A DNA stretch of 64,000 bases from Flaccisagitta enflata. Lineage: Eukaryota. Of the stretch, positions 1 to 11,586 are shown piece after piece. The stretch lies in NCBI GenBank assembly GCA_965153355.1, contig OZ231126.1, positions 23,002,001 to 23,066,000 on the forward strand, written 5' to 3'. Made by a program: the position numbers and the translations under genes. The notes beneath the pieces were generated by a model. It was not told the DNA's origin and made no database searches. It was given only the letters and a program-made list of their open reading frames with translations. Positions within the stretch are counted from its first letter, which is position 1; the number at the start of each line of letters is the position of its first letter.

Positions 1-152
1 TGTGTGTGTGTGTGTGTGTGTGTATGTGTGTGTGTGTGTGTGTGTAATGTGTCTCAATGTGTGTGTGTGTGTCTTGCGTGTGTGCGGCACGTGTGTGTGT
101 GTGGCTCTTGGCCGTGTGTGTCTTGGCGTGTGTGTGTGTGTGTGTGTGTCTT

Positions 153-241
<89 letters not shown>

Positions 242-459
242 ATGTTAGGTCATGTCTATCCGTCCATTGCTCGATGATTTTTGTAACCCCTCATCATGCC
301 ATCATCATCAACATCAACGTCATCATTGTCATTGTTGTCATCGTTATCATCATTACCATCATCATCATCATCATCATCATCAAAATCATCATCGTGATCA
401 TGATGGGCTCTCCACTAGCTCGTCAGAAGCTCTATTCAACGTCGAACTGCTCATCTCTG

Positions 460-541
<82 letters not shown>

Positions 542-786
542 GTCATCTCCATCGTCATTGTCGTTGTCATCGTTGTCTTTGTCGTTATAGTCGTCGTTGT
601 GATTGTCGTCGTCCTCACTGTCATCATTATCATCCCGACTGTACCGAGCCATCAAGAGGACACTGGTTCACAGCAGCTGCGGTCGCCTATTGACGTAAGA
701 ATCGCTTTCGTAGCTTGAGTTTTGCTTCCAATGCCTATTTTCGCCAGGTATTAATACGAGATGGGCCTGCAGTTGCCTAGTAAAAG

Positions 787-1005
787 AACAAGGCCGGATA
801 CACAGCTACCGATGTCCCGTGCGGGTGGGTTGGGACCATATTTGAGGCCACTCCATCATTTGGGGAGGAGCAGTAAGGCCAAAGACCCCAAAAACCCCAA
901 AAAAGTAAAGTGGGACGGACGGACCGACTGACCGACTGACCGACAGACGGACGGATCAACGGACCGACAAAGCGGGTTGTAGAGTCGCATAGCATGCGAC
1001 TAAAA
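787..1005. mobile_element. Family-A short HINE/DINE-1-like element (representative copy)
   Basis: aacaaggcc end, (GGAC/CCGA)n microsatellite, terminal hairpin agtcgcatagcatgcgact then A-run. Further copies at about 1503-1667, 1812-2053, 2366-2518, 26218-26415, 29725-29885, 31312-31576, 32483-32628, 33420-33575, 38077-38300, 44790-45052, 55303-55503, 56632-56872. Confidence 0.8.
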
Positions 1006-1111
1006 ATTACAAAATTGATGAAAGAGGACTTTCTTTGTCTCTGTCTCTCTCTCCATCGCTGTTTCTATCTCTGTCTCTATTTCTGTCACTATTTCTGTCT
1101 CTGATTCTATC

Positions 1112-1219
<108 letters not shown>

Positions 1220-1380
1220 GACATCCAGGCTAACGCTACTAAAGTACTATGCTAGCGTTCGCAGTACTTCAAAAGATGTGCAAAAACGCCGAAAAAGCAA
1301 ACGGCGACTAACGGACGGACCGATGGACCAACAGACATAGCAGGCTAAATAGTCACGTGCAGTTGTCACATTTTTTGTAT

Positions 1381-1456
<76 letters not shown>

Positions 1457-2769
1457 GTGCGTGTTTGAAATATGTGTATCCTTTGCTCATGTCTCGAGAA
1501 GAAACAAGGCCGGATACACGGCCACCAGTCATGGACGGGTTGGCAGGGGCGGAAATGCGCGTTTTCCCACTATTCGACTCAATCATTACGGACCAACGGA
1601 CGGACGGACCAAAGGACCGACGGACGGACAAAGCCTCTTATAGAGTTGCGTGTCCGCAACTAAAAAAGAACAGGTAACGCAGCATTCCATTATGGTTATG
1701 GAAGAAAGTGCACCCCCAAGAAAGAGCACCCCCAACCTGTTCCCCGAACTCAACCAATAAAAACATCATAAATGCGCTTGTCACACTTTCTAACTCAAGG
1801 GTGACGGAACTTTTTAGTCGCGTGCAGCAACTCTACACCCGCTTTGTCCAATCGGTCGTTCGGTTGGTCGGTCGGTCGGTTGGTCGGTCACACTTTACTT
1901 TTTTATCAATCTTATTTCTTTTGGGCATTTCAGGTCATGTGGGAGTATAATGAGTCATTCTAAGTCATTCTAAGTCATTCTAAGTCATTTTAAGTCATTC
2001 TAAATCATTCTAAATGTAAGTCTCGCACGCGACTTATAGGTGATGGCCTTGTTTATCAATAAGTTGATGACAACGGCGACGATTGACAATGAGGGGCGAA
2101 AGGGTTTGCCTAGACCTATCACATGCTCAGGTTACGATTACGTCCTTCCCCCTCCCCATTGATATAATTTCTCATTGCTTTTGACCTGCACCTGCATCTC
2201 AGATTCCATCCATCTTTCTTTACTTCTTTTATTATCTGCGTCTCGCAATGTTCATCTCCCCGATGTCGACGTCATCCTGTTGCCGAAGTCACCTGCTCAA
2301 AGGAAGCAAAAAAAGGCTGTATACACAAACTCCAGTCAGGAACGGGTAGCCAGGGGTAGTATGGAACAAGGCCTGATACACGGCCACCAGTTGCGGACGG
2401 GTGGGCAGGGGCGGAAATGCGCGTTTGCCACTTTTCAGCTCGGCGTGACGGACCTACCGACGGACGGACGGGCCCGGACAGACAAGCCTCTTATAGAGTT
2501 GCGTGTCCCCAACTAAAAGCAAGTGACAAAATATCATTGCGGATGGGTGGGCATGGGCACCAAACCCCCATCCACACCCAAAGCCCCACCCAACCCCTTC
2601 CTAACACAGACATACACAAAGAGCTTCTGACACCATTGTTTTCCTACTTTTTGACTGACGGACCGACGGACTGACGGATGGACAAAGCCTCTTATAGAGC
2701 TGCGTGTCTGCAACTAGAAATATCATGAATCTCATTGTCATCATCATCATCATCATCATCATCATAATT

Positions 2770-2810
<41 letters not shown>

Positions 2811-2811
2811 T

Positions 2812-2848
<37 letters not shown>

Positions 2849-2872
2849 CGACGTTATTGAGTTACGTAATAT

Positions 2873-3296
2873 TTAGCTCGTTCGCTCGTTCATTGCTTCA
2901 TCAGTTTGCTGGTTTGCTCGCTTTTTTTTGTTCGGTCACTCTTTGGTTTACTTAATTTCGAACGGTCGCTCAGTCGCCTGTGTGCAGAAGATTCAAATCA
3001 TCGATGATTGGGAACTCTCTCATTTTGTTTTCTATGTTTGTCCATTTGTTCCCTTGATCATTTGTTTGTTTGCTTGTTCTTGCATTCATTCGTTTTTTAG
3101 CTCGTTCGCTCGTTCATTGCTTCATCCGTTTGCTGGTTTGCTCGCTTTTTTTTGTTCGGTCGCTCTTTGGTTTACTTAATTTCGAACGGTCGCTCAGTCG
3201 CCTGTGTGCAGAAGATTCAAATCATCGATGATTGGGAACTCTCTCATTTTGTTTTCTATGTTTGTCCATTTGTTCCCTTGATCATTTGTTTGTTTG

Positions 3297-3341
<45 letters not shown>

Positions 3342-3498
3342 ATTTTGTTTTCTATGTTTGTCCATTTGTTCCCTTGATCATTTGTTTGTTTGCTTGTTCT
3401 TGCATTCATTCGTTTTTTAGCTCGTTCGCTCGTTCATTGCTTCATCAGTTTGCTGGTTTGCTCGCTTTTTTTTGTTCGGTCGCTCTTTGGTTTACTCG
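2873..3498. repeat. Local 224-bp tandem duplication plus partial third copy
   Basis: Near-identical ORFs at 2928 and 3152; third partial copy after a (CT)n tract. Confidence 0.9.
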
Positions 3499-6109
3499 TT
3501 TCTTCGTTCATTCGTTTCTTCCTTCCTCTCTTCTTTCCTCCCTTCCTTCCTTCCTTCCTTCCTTCCTTCCTTCCTTCCTTCCTTCCTTCCTTCCTTCCTT
3601 CCTTCCTTCTTTCTTTTCTTTGCTCCTCTGTTCGTGTGTTATGTACTATATGGGACAGTCAAATACCCTTACTTTTTTGCGAATCAAACTTTTCAGGGAT
3701 GCAAGAGTGCTTCGATGATAAGATCTGATTTTTCTCCTTCAAAAAAATAAAAGAAATAAAAAAGGGATAGACTCGGGATTTGTTTCTTGAATTCCCAATA
3801 GAGTTCTTTTCTCAGCATCAAGTATTTTTATGGGGACTATCTTTGCAGAGTTAGCAGCTTACTGCCTACGTCATAGTTGATAGTGACAAAAGCACTCATA
3901 AGTAATGACACTCTGAGTGGTACAACATCATGGTCACCAGTAAAATGCAGCAACCACAGATATTATTGCTCAGCATGAAGTATCAAACATGAAAATACAT
4001 TAAAATTTTTTGTCAAATGTATGCCTACTTCATATTATAGCACATGTGATGAGGAACACAAAAAAAATATAAAAAAAAATTGACAGGTTTTTTCTGCACT
4101 ACAGCAACAGCAACAGCAACAGCGCATATCATAGTTAAAATCTACATTTTTTAGTGTCTATGTAACATTCACTAAAAGTATCATTTTTCATTCCGCTTAA
4201 GTGAATCAATGAAATTCATACTGACAGCATATTTTACCATAAGAAACTGTTCCAAAACATCAGTTTTGACAATTTTTTAATTTTTAGGTCTTTTCTTCAT
4301 TTTTGAGCATTTTAATGCTATTTTTGAACCTCATAGACCGATTCAAAATTGTTCTAGAGTCTCTCAAATATCAATTACTATTGGGACTTTATGTTTCTGT
4401 AAAAAAAAGTCCAAAACATTACATTTAATACCATTTTTTAGGAAAAACAAGCCGTTTTTGCAATAAAAACCGTTTCTTTTTTGGCTCCAAGTTGGAGGTC
4501 CAAAATGAACATCAGAATCTTGTTCTACAGCCTTTTTAGGTCCCTTGTGCAAAAATCTGGGATGGGTCCTTTTTTTTTTTTTCAAGAATTTTGCAAGTGA
4601 GAATTCTGGCCGAACGTAGTATTTTAGGTCAGCACCAATACTAAAATAATTTGAGGGCAGTGAAATGAAGTCTTGAAGGAAATAGTTGGCAAGATTCTCT
4701 GGAGTCTAAGGTAAGCTCATAAAGTTTAAGATCAGCATCAAGAACAGCATAGTATTGCTTTTTCTTATTGCCTGATGATATTTTGCTCTGCGCAGACTTG
4801 TTTTTTTCCTCCTCTGCTGAAGCATCTACATCAAAGGAAAAACCAAAGGAAAAACCAAAGGAACTCCCAGAATTACCATTAGCTAAGAGCCTTAAGAATC
4901 CCGTTGTTGAGGAGGAAGAGTCAATCTTCCAAAAACAAAGCGGAAGCGGAAACTATGCCTTAAAAGATAGTGGAAGCGGAAGGGGAGCTACGTTATTCAA
5001 AAAAGTGGAAGAGGAAGCAGAAGCTGTTTTTTCAAATAAGCCACTTTGAAGCGGAAACAGTCCAAAAATCTATCGCTTTTGCATCCCTGCAATCAAGAAG
5101 TTGGTAACCTACTGTCTGTCAGTGTGTCAGTTTTTTAAGTCTTGTATATAATTAGAAGGATTTTTATCATCTGCATCACAATCCTTGACCAAATGCATTA
5201 GTCTTTCTCATCACTTCCCCTACCCAAACTCATGCGACTATCATCTTATTTCTTTCCTTCTTTCCTTTCTTCTTTCTTCTTTTTCTTTTTTTCTTTCTCT
5301 TTCTGCTTCTTTTTCTTTCTTTTTTTTCTTTCTTCTTCTCTTCTCCTTACCTTATTTCTCCCTTCCTTTCTTCCTTTCTTTCTTCCTTTTTTCCTTTTTT
5401 CCTTTCTTCCTTTCTTCCTTTCTTCCTTTCTTTCTAAAAGAAAAAGTGTAGGAAGCTTTGAAAACGCGTAACGCGAACGCATTAGCAACCAAAACTGTTG
5501 GATGCAATGCGTAACGCGATGCGCGAGCTGCTGAAAAACGCAAACACAAACACTTTTGAAAATCCCGGGCATCCTTAGCCCTGCTTGGAGCCCAAATCCC
5601 AGTCTTGAGGCCCAAATCCCTTGAAGCTAGAATTTGAGCCTTAAGGGTGGGTTTTGGGCCTGGAGGCTGGGGGGAGGGAGGGTACAAAGAAGGTTATGAA
5701 GGAGGAGGAGGAGGAGGAGGAGAAAATTCCCCATATGTGTGAAAGCATAGGTCATTGAATCCTTTGGGGCGCTGCCCAAGAAGGGCATACAGCTTTGTCA
5801 GTTTGAACAGCTCCTGCACATGTATGAATGCATTTTCAAACAAATAACAGACTTGATTGGAGTAGGACTAGTGGGCCTTGATAGGAATGTTGAGATTCGC
5901 CTTAGGACTACTGGGCTAGTGGGCTTGGATTTACAAAGCTGTGTTAGGACTAGTGGAATGTCTTATGTTTTTCCCCTTAGGACTAGTGGTATTTCTTTGT
6001 AGGACTAGTGGACAAGAGATCTAGTGGGCAAGAGGACTAGTGGGCAGGAGGACTAGTGGGTTGGTAGGACTACTTGGGTGTAGTACTAAGTACTGTAGGA
6101 CTACTGGGC

Positions 6110-7530
6110 GGAACCCCATTTGTCAACACCCCACTCAAGCTGTCTTTTGATAACAAAGTCATTGACAGCCTCCAGTGTTCTTTCTTGTTGGTCATATCCA
6201 ATGGCAAGAGTTCTTACATCATCCACATACTCCAAAAAACATAATCGTGTTTCTGCAAGCATGATTCCAATGTCATGTCTCAACATAAGTTCTTCAGACA
6301 GTGTATCCATCATTTTTGCAAACAAAGGCACCATCAATTCACCTCCTTGTTTGCCTCCTGTTTCTCTCATTATCTTCCTGCTAAGTCCTGCTTTGGTTTT
6401 AACTCTTGCTGTAAGAATTTTGTTTAGTGTCATTGTAAGTCTCCAGATTTTTCCTGTCTGTGAAGCCCTGCTCATGAATGACGTACAACATTACTTATCG
6501 TCCATGTTAGCTCTGTCATAAGCCTTTTTTGATGTCGAAAAGGTGATGAGATCCTAACCCTCTTTTTATTGCTAGTGCTATCAGTGCTTTAAGGATGGCT
6601 TGGTCAGTAGTTGAGCCACCTTTTCTTCCTCACCTTCTGCGCCTGAGTGAATCTTATTGTTTGCAATAGTCTGTTGGTTATAATTTCCTCAACTATTGTT
6701 CCAAGTGAGCTTGATACAGTTATTCCTCGCTGATTCTCTAATTTTTCTCTGTCACCTTTGCCTTTATAAACACTTGTTATAATTCCTTCATTCCATTGCT
6801 CAAGGCTCTTTCTTCCTCCCAAAAAGCTTTAATCACAGGGTAAATCAGGTCAACCATAGGGTCACCACCATTTTTAAGCACTTCATTTGTCCAGTCTGTT
6901 GTTGCCTTTTTATTCTTTTTGTTGGCAAGCGGCCCCAATGGGCCGATGTCCTGTAGAACACAGGGAGGAATTTCCATCCATCCATCCGTCCTCCCCGTTG
7001 GCCATCAAGGCCTCAAATTTGCCCTCCCAGCTGATTAGCCTCGGGCCTCAGATCGCCTTCTAGGCTTCAAATCAGCCCCCCCCCCCGCCTCAAATCTGAC
7101 CTACAGACCTCAGATCTGCCCTCCAGATATGCCCAATATGCCTTCTTTGGCCTGAATCAGGCCCTTTGGGGCCGCTGCCCTGCTCTCACTCCACTTTTTC
7201 ACTCTCCAAGCCTCAATTCTGCCCTCCAGCCTTCAAATATGCCTTCTTTGGCCTGAATCAGTCATCTATTGCAGAAATGTGTCCTCAGGACGTATGGAAA
7301 TTCCCCCTGTGTTCTACAGGACATTGGCCCTTTGGGGCCGCTGCCTTCTTTAGCTCATCACTTCTTCTTCTTCACTGGATCACTCCCAGCAGGGCATCGG
7401 GTACCGCTGACCATGTGCGATCCTTGGATGACTAGTTATTCTTTTTGTTCTGGATTGCTCTCTTTATCTCTGCTTTTGTTGGAAGATCATCATTTTTGCC
7501 TTCATCATTGTCATCACTCCAGGTCTGTAC
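6110..7530 (-). pseudogene. Degenerate LINE reverse transcriptase fragment (different family), interrupted by an insertion
   Basis: Pieces PTKAEIKRAI, WNEGIITSVYKGKGDREKLENQRGIT, FDIKKAYD, GGKQGG, EYVDD across several frames. Confidence 0.85.
6924..7435 (+). mobile_element. Family-B Helentron/DINE-1-like element inserted in the RT relic
   Basis: Family-B head and tail; flanked by the 14-bp direct repeat ttattctttttgtt (6910-6923, 7436-7449); RT reading resumes across it. Confidence 0.75.
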
Positions 7531-7537
7531 TTTTTCT

Positions 7538-10500
7538 TTTAGCGGCCCCGAAGGGGCCGATGGCAGCCCTGCTCTTTCACAAGGAGAAATTTCTCCTCCT
7601 TCTCCTTCTCCTCCGTACCTCTCCTCACGCCCAAAATCAGCCCCTAGGCCCACGACCTTGCCCAAAAACCTAAAACCTAGCCGAAAGACCTAAACTGCAA
7701 CCAAATCGCAGCCTCAAGGCCCATATCCTAGCCTTGAAGCCCAAATTTCAGCCTGGAAACCCAATTTCTAGCCTTCTTTATACTCCCTCCCCCCAAGACA
7801 ATCCACCCAAAACCCAGCCTTTAGGATCAGATCCCTGCCTCAAGGCCCAGATCCCAGCCTTGAGGCTCAATTCCTACTTCCTAGTCTCAAATCCTGGTCC
7901 CAAGTCTCAAATCCCATGTCAAGCATAGGTCATCGGGTCCTTCGGGGCCTGCTGACCATGTCAAAATTATGCTTCAAGCCCAATGACAAGCCTTGAAACC
8001 CTTATTCAAGCCCAAAGTTTCACATTCAAGCCCCAAGACTCATTTATCCTTTATACCCCATCCCACCTTGAGCCTCAGATCCCAACCTTGAAGCTAAAAT
8101 CCCAACTTCAAGGCTCAGATCTCAGCCTAGAGCCCCAAATTCCAGCCTCTAGGCTCAAAACCTAGCCCAAAGCCCTAAACTGCAACCAAATCTAAGCCTC
8201 AAGGCCCAGATCCCAGCCTTAAGGCTCAAATTCTACTCCCTAGTCTCAAATCCTAGTCCCAAGTCTCAAATCCAATGTCAAGCATAGGTCATCGGGTCCT
8301 TTGGGGCCTGCTGACCATGTCAAAATTATGTTTCAAGTCCAATGACAAGCCTCGAAACCCACATTCAAGCCCAAAGTTTCATGACTCATACATCCTTTAT
8401 ACCCCCCTCCCACCTCAAGGCTCAGATCCCAACCTTGAGGCGCACATCCCAACTTCAAGGCCCAGATCCCAGCCAAGAGCCCCAAATTCCAGCCTCGAGG
8501 CCCAAAACCTAGCCAAAAGACCTAAACTGCAACCAAATCTAAGCCTCAAGGCCCATATCCTAGCCTTGTAGCCCAAATTTTAGCCTGGAGACCCAATTTC
8601 TAGCCTTCTTTAAACCCCCCCCAAGACTTCCCACCCAAAACCCAGCCTCTTGGCTCAAATCCCCGCCTTAAGGCCCAGATCCCAACCTCAAGGCTCAAAT
8701 CCTACTCCCTTGTCTCAAATCCTAGTCCCAAGTCTCAAATTCCATGTAAAGCATAGGTCATCATATCCCTCAAATCCAACAAATAAGATTCATTCAAGCC
8801 CCATGACTCATACATACTTTACACCCCCCTCCCACCTCGAGGCTCAGATCCCAACCTTGAGGCTCAAATCCCAACTTCAAGGCTCAGATCCCAGCCAAGA
8901 GACCAAAATTCCAGCCTCGAGGCCCAAAACCCAGCCAAAAGACCTAAACTGCAACCAAATTGAAGCCTCAAGGCCCATATCCTAGCCTTGTAGCCCAAAT
9001 TTCAGCCTGGAGACCCAATTTCTAGCCTTCTTTATACTCCCTCCGCCAAGACTTCCCACCCAAAACCCAGCCTCTAGGCTCAGATCCCCGCCTCAAGGCA
9101 CAGATCCTAGCCTCAAGGCTCAAATCCTACTCCCTAGTCTAAAATCCTAGTCCCAAGTCTCAAATCCCATGTCAAGCATAGGTCATCGGGTTCTTCGGGG
9201 CCTGCTGGCCATGTTGAAATTATGCTTCAAGCCCAATGACAAGCCTTGAAACCCTTATTCAAGCCCAAAGTTTCACATTCAAGCCCCAAGACTCATTTAT
9301 CCTTTATACCCCATCCCACCTTGAGCCTCAGATCCCAACCTTGAGGCTCAAATCCCAACTTCAAGGCTCAGATCTCAGCCTAGAGCTCCAAGTTCCAGCC
9401 TCTAGGCTCAAAACCTAGCCCAAAGCCCTAAACTGCAACCAAATCTAAGCCTCAAGGCCCAGATCCCAGCCTTAAGGCTCAAATTCTACTCCCTAGTCTC
9501 AAATCCTAGTCCCAAGTCTCAAATCCAATGTCAAGCATAGGTCATTGGGTCCTTTGGGGCCTGCTGACCATGTCAAAATTATGTTTCAAGTGCAATGACA
9601 AGCCTCGAAACCCACATTCAAGCCCAAAGTTTCATGACTCATACATCCTTTATACCCACCTCCCACCTCGAGGCTCAGATCCCAACCTTGAGGCTCAAAT
9701 CCCAACTTCAAGGCTCAGATCCCAGCCAAGAGCCCCAAATTCCAACCTCGAGGCCCAAAACCTAGCCCGAAGACCTAAACTGCAACCAAATCTAAGCCTC
9801 AAGGCCCATATCCTAGCCTTGTAGCCCAAATTTCAGCCTGGAGACCCAATTTCTAGCCTTCTTTAAACCCCCCCCAAGACTTCCCACCCAAAACCCAGCC
9901 TCTTGGCTCAAATCCCCGCCTTAAGGCCCAGATCCCAGCCTCAAAGCTCAAATCCTACTCCCTTGTCTCAAATCCTAGTCCCAAGTCTCAAATCCCATGT
10001 AAAGCATAGGTCATCATATCCCTCAAACCCAACAAATAAGATTCATTCAAGCCCCATGACTCATACATACTGGGGGGGTCGGTAACAACGAACTTTGGAA
10101 ATGCCAGTTGGACATATGGCCAAAGTGTACTGTGTAATATAAACACATGTGAAAGGAAAAAGGGTAACACCATATCTGCATTTTAGTCGTGCCACCCCTT
10201 ATTTACATTGTAATGAATAGGGAGAGGGAAGAGGCGAGAGCTCCTATACTTTACATTGGGATAGGTAGGATTGGCTTGACTGTAAATGATAAAGTCTCAT
10301 GAACTTTTCCTTTTAGTTATTAGGTTGATTTGTGATTGTGCACGGTCTGGTGATATGTCCAACTGGCATTTCCAAAGTAGGTTGATATCGACCCCCCCAA
10401 TGTGGAACAATATCCCTCATTATACCTAAACTGAAACAAAAGGATAGGGGCCTTGTGAACCCTTCCTGACTAGTTGATACGCGCACCACTCCTAGTTTTC

Positions 10501-11375
10501 CATAAAACTTAATCTAAAAAACACTTTCTCAATCTAACACAAACGCTAGCCAAAAGGCCCTCGACTGCAACCAAAATCTAGCCTCAAGGCCCATATCCTA
10601 GCCTTGTAGCCCAAATTTCAGCCTGGAGACCCAATTTCTAGCCTTCTTTATACTCCCTCCGCCAAGACTTCCCACCCAAAACCCAGCCTCTAGGCTCAGA
10701 TCCCCGCCTCAAGGCACAGATCCTAGCCTCAATGCTCAAATCCTACTCCCTAGTCTAAAATCCTAGTCCCAAGTCTCAAATCCCATGTAAAGCATAGGTC
10801 ATCATATCCCTAAAACCCAACAAATAAGATTCATGGGTATTTTCGGGGCCTGCTAATCCCAGCAAAAGGCCCAAACCCTGGCTTCCAGGCTCAAATCCCA
10901 ACCTAGAGGATCTTATCCCAGTGCTAAGCATAAGTCATTGGGTCCTTCAGGGCCTGCTGACCAGATTCAAATTCAAATTCAAGTTCTAAGGCTCAAATCA
11001 TAGCATCAAGTATAGTTCATCGGGTCCTTCGGGGCCTGCTGGCCAAGTCCCATTTCTTCCCAGCCTCAACACTACAGCCTTCAGGCTCAAATCCTGGCTT
11101 AGCGGTTAAAATCCCAATCACAGCCTCCTTCCATTCAGCCTTAAGTCCTAAGTCTTAGCCTCAAAGCCCGAATTCCAACCCCAAAACCCAAATTCAAGCT
11201 CCAGATTCAAATTCAAATCTCAAGGCTCAAATCATAGTGTCAAGCATAGGTCATTGGGTCCTTTGGGGCCTGCTGGCCAAGTCACATTTCCTCTCCTTCT
11301 ATATACCCCCCCAGCCTCAAGACCTCAACCTTCAGGCCCAAATCCTAACCTAGAAGTTAGAATTCCAATCAAGTT
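7538..11375 (+). repeat. Satellite of about 21-bp subunits with a 1253-bp higher-order repeat, derived from family-B elements
   Basis: Subunits like aggcccagatcccagcctcaa; near-identical ORFs recur at 7983/9236, 8275/9528 and 8650/9903, all offset 1253; the array starts with a family-B head. Confidence 0.9.
10071..10476. mobile_element. Non-autonomous element with about 47-bp inverted repeats inserted in the satellite
   Basis: tgggggggtc..ctttggaaatgccagttggacatat (10071-10117) versus its reverse complement (about 10353-10399), followed by a short tail ending ctagtt. Confidence 0.65.
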
Positions 11376-11586
11376 TTAACCTTGGGTAATGTGAAATACT
11401 CCTCTTTTGTGTTTGCGCAAAAGAACTATTAATGATTGTCACGTAGTATCAACCATCTATATTTTATGGTAGAGGGCTTAATAGGGAGCTAAAATAAGAT
11501 GTCATTCGGTATCATTTATCTTATACGTTTCTTTATTTCGTCATCAATAATTGCGACAGAACAGGCATCAGTTCACATTTACTAGT

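Noticed and set aside
1..700. ORFs with poly-His, Ile, Ser or Asp (and similar poly-K/E, ER, CV, LS, SFFL ORFs throughout)
   Set aside because: They are translations of (GT)n, (CT)n, (ATC)n, (AAG)n and (GAAA)n microsatellites with no domain content.
3694..5089. Possible hAT element bounded by CAGGGATGCAA inverted repeats, including ORF 4768-5049
   Set aside because: No 8-bp TSD and only a short IR; the ORF is low-complexity without a recognisable domain.
7538..11375. Repeat array resembling CRISPR or a repetitive protein gene
   Set aside because: No unique spacers or cas genes, eukaryotic context, and frames are frequently stopped; it is a satellite.
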